DNA of 64,000 bases, taken from NCBI GenBank assembly GCA_013265495.1, contig MU057719.1, positions 684,001 to 748,000 of the forward strand, in the 5' to 3' direction. A program made the translations under genes and the position numbers. Position 1 is the first letter of the stretch, and each line of letters begins with the position of its first letter. The DNA comes from Vicugna vicugna. Its lineage: Eukaryota. This document shows positions 63,555 through 64,000 of this stretch, piece after piece. The notes beneath the pieces are model-generated. The model was not told the DNA's origin, made no database searches, and saw only the letters and a list, made by a program, of their open reading frames with translations.

Positions 63555-63995
63555 TAAATAAGATGTGGACACACCCCAGTGTCCATCCACAGGCGAATGG
63601 TGAAGAACTGTGGTCCAGCCATGTGATGGAGTCTCACTTAGCCATAAAGGGGAATGGAGCACTGACTCACGCTGCTACATGGATGACCCTTGGAAATGTG
63701 ATGCTGAGTGAAAACAGCCAGTCACAAAAGGGCGCAGATCATATCATCCCATTTACCCGAAGTCCAGAATTGGTGACTCCATAGAGACAGCAAGTAGATC
63801 AGGGGTTGCTTGGGGCTGAGGGGACAGGGAGGGAGTGTAGGGGTGTCGGCTGGAGGATTCAGGGTTCCTTGTACGGTGATGAAATGTTCTGAAATTCACA
63901 GGTGATGGCTGCACGTAGCACATACACTCAACGCCGTCGAATTGCACACTTGGAATGGGTGAATTGTACGGTGTGTGAACTATACCCAGAAAAGC
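63555..63995 (+). mobile_element. L1MB-like 3' end, antisense to DBH
   Basis: ORF 63545..63784 'HAATWMTLGNVMLSENSQSQK' (ORF2 end), followed by an L1 3' UTR. Confidence 0.85.
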
Positions 63996-64000
63996 GAAAG

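Noticed and set aside
61167..64000. DBH exon 9 (GDVLITSCTYNT-like)
   Set aside because: Looked for it on the minus strand by eye and did not find it; probably just beyond the window.

Overview
GC-rich mammalian genomic DNA, most likely a camelid: three tRNA-derived SINEs resemble the Tylopoda vic-1 family. The region is syntenic with human 9q34.2. The + strand carries the last 15 coding exons of SARDH (mitochondrial sarcosine dehydrogenase; exons 7-21 by human numbering, 6112-52545). These splice into one intact 1842-nt frame (613 aa + stop), provided one intron uses a GC-AG donor. The - strand carries the last three coding exons of DBH (dopamine beta-hydroxylase; 61166-59334), arranged tail-to-tail with SARDH. 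Introns hold L1, L2, MIR, MaLR, MER3/MER20, SINEs, an ERV1-type solo LTR with a 4-bp TSD, a 33-bp minisatellite and two small N gaps. Nearly all entries in the ORF track are chance GC-rich frames. I found no convincing new gene system. The most notable signals are: a 142-bp perfect identity tract between two otherwise diverged L1 copies 21.9 kb apart; AT-to-GC shifted repeat segments suggesting GC-biased gene conversion, possibly reaching into SARDH codons; the GC-AG intron; and an intact CCAAT-array solo LTR oriented antisense to SARDH. Repeat family names and human comparisons come from recalled consensus sequences, not from searches.
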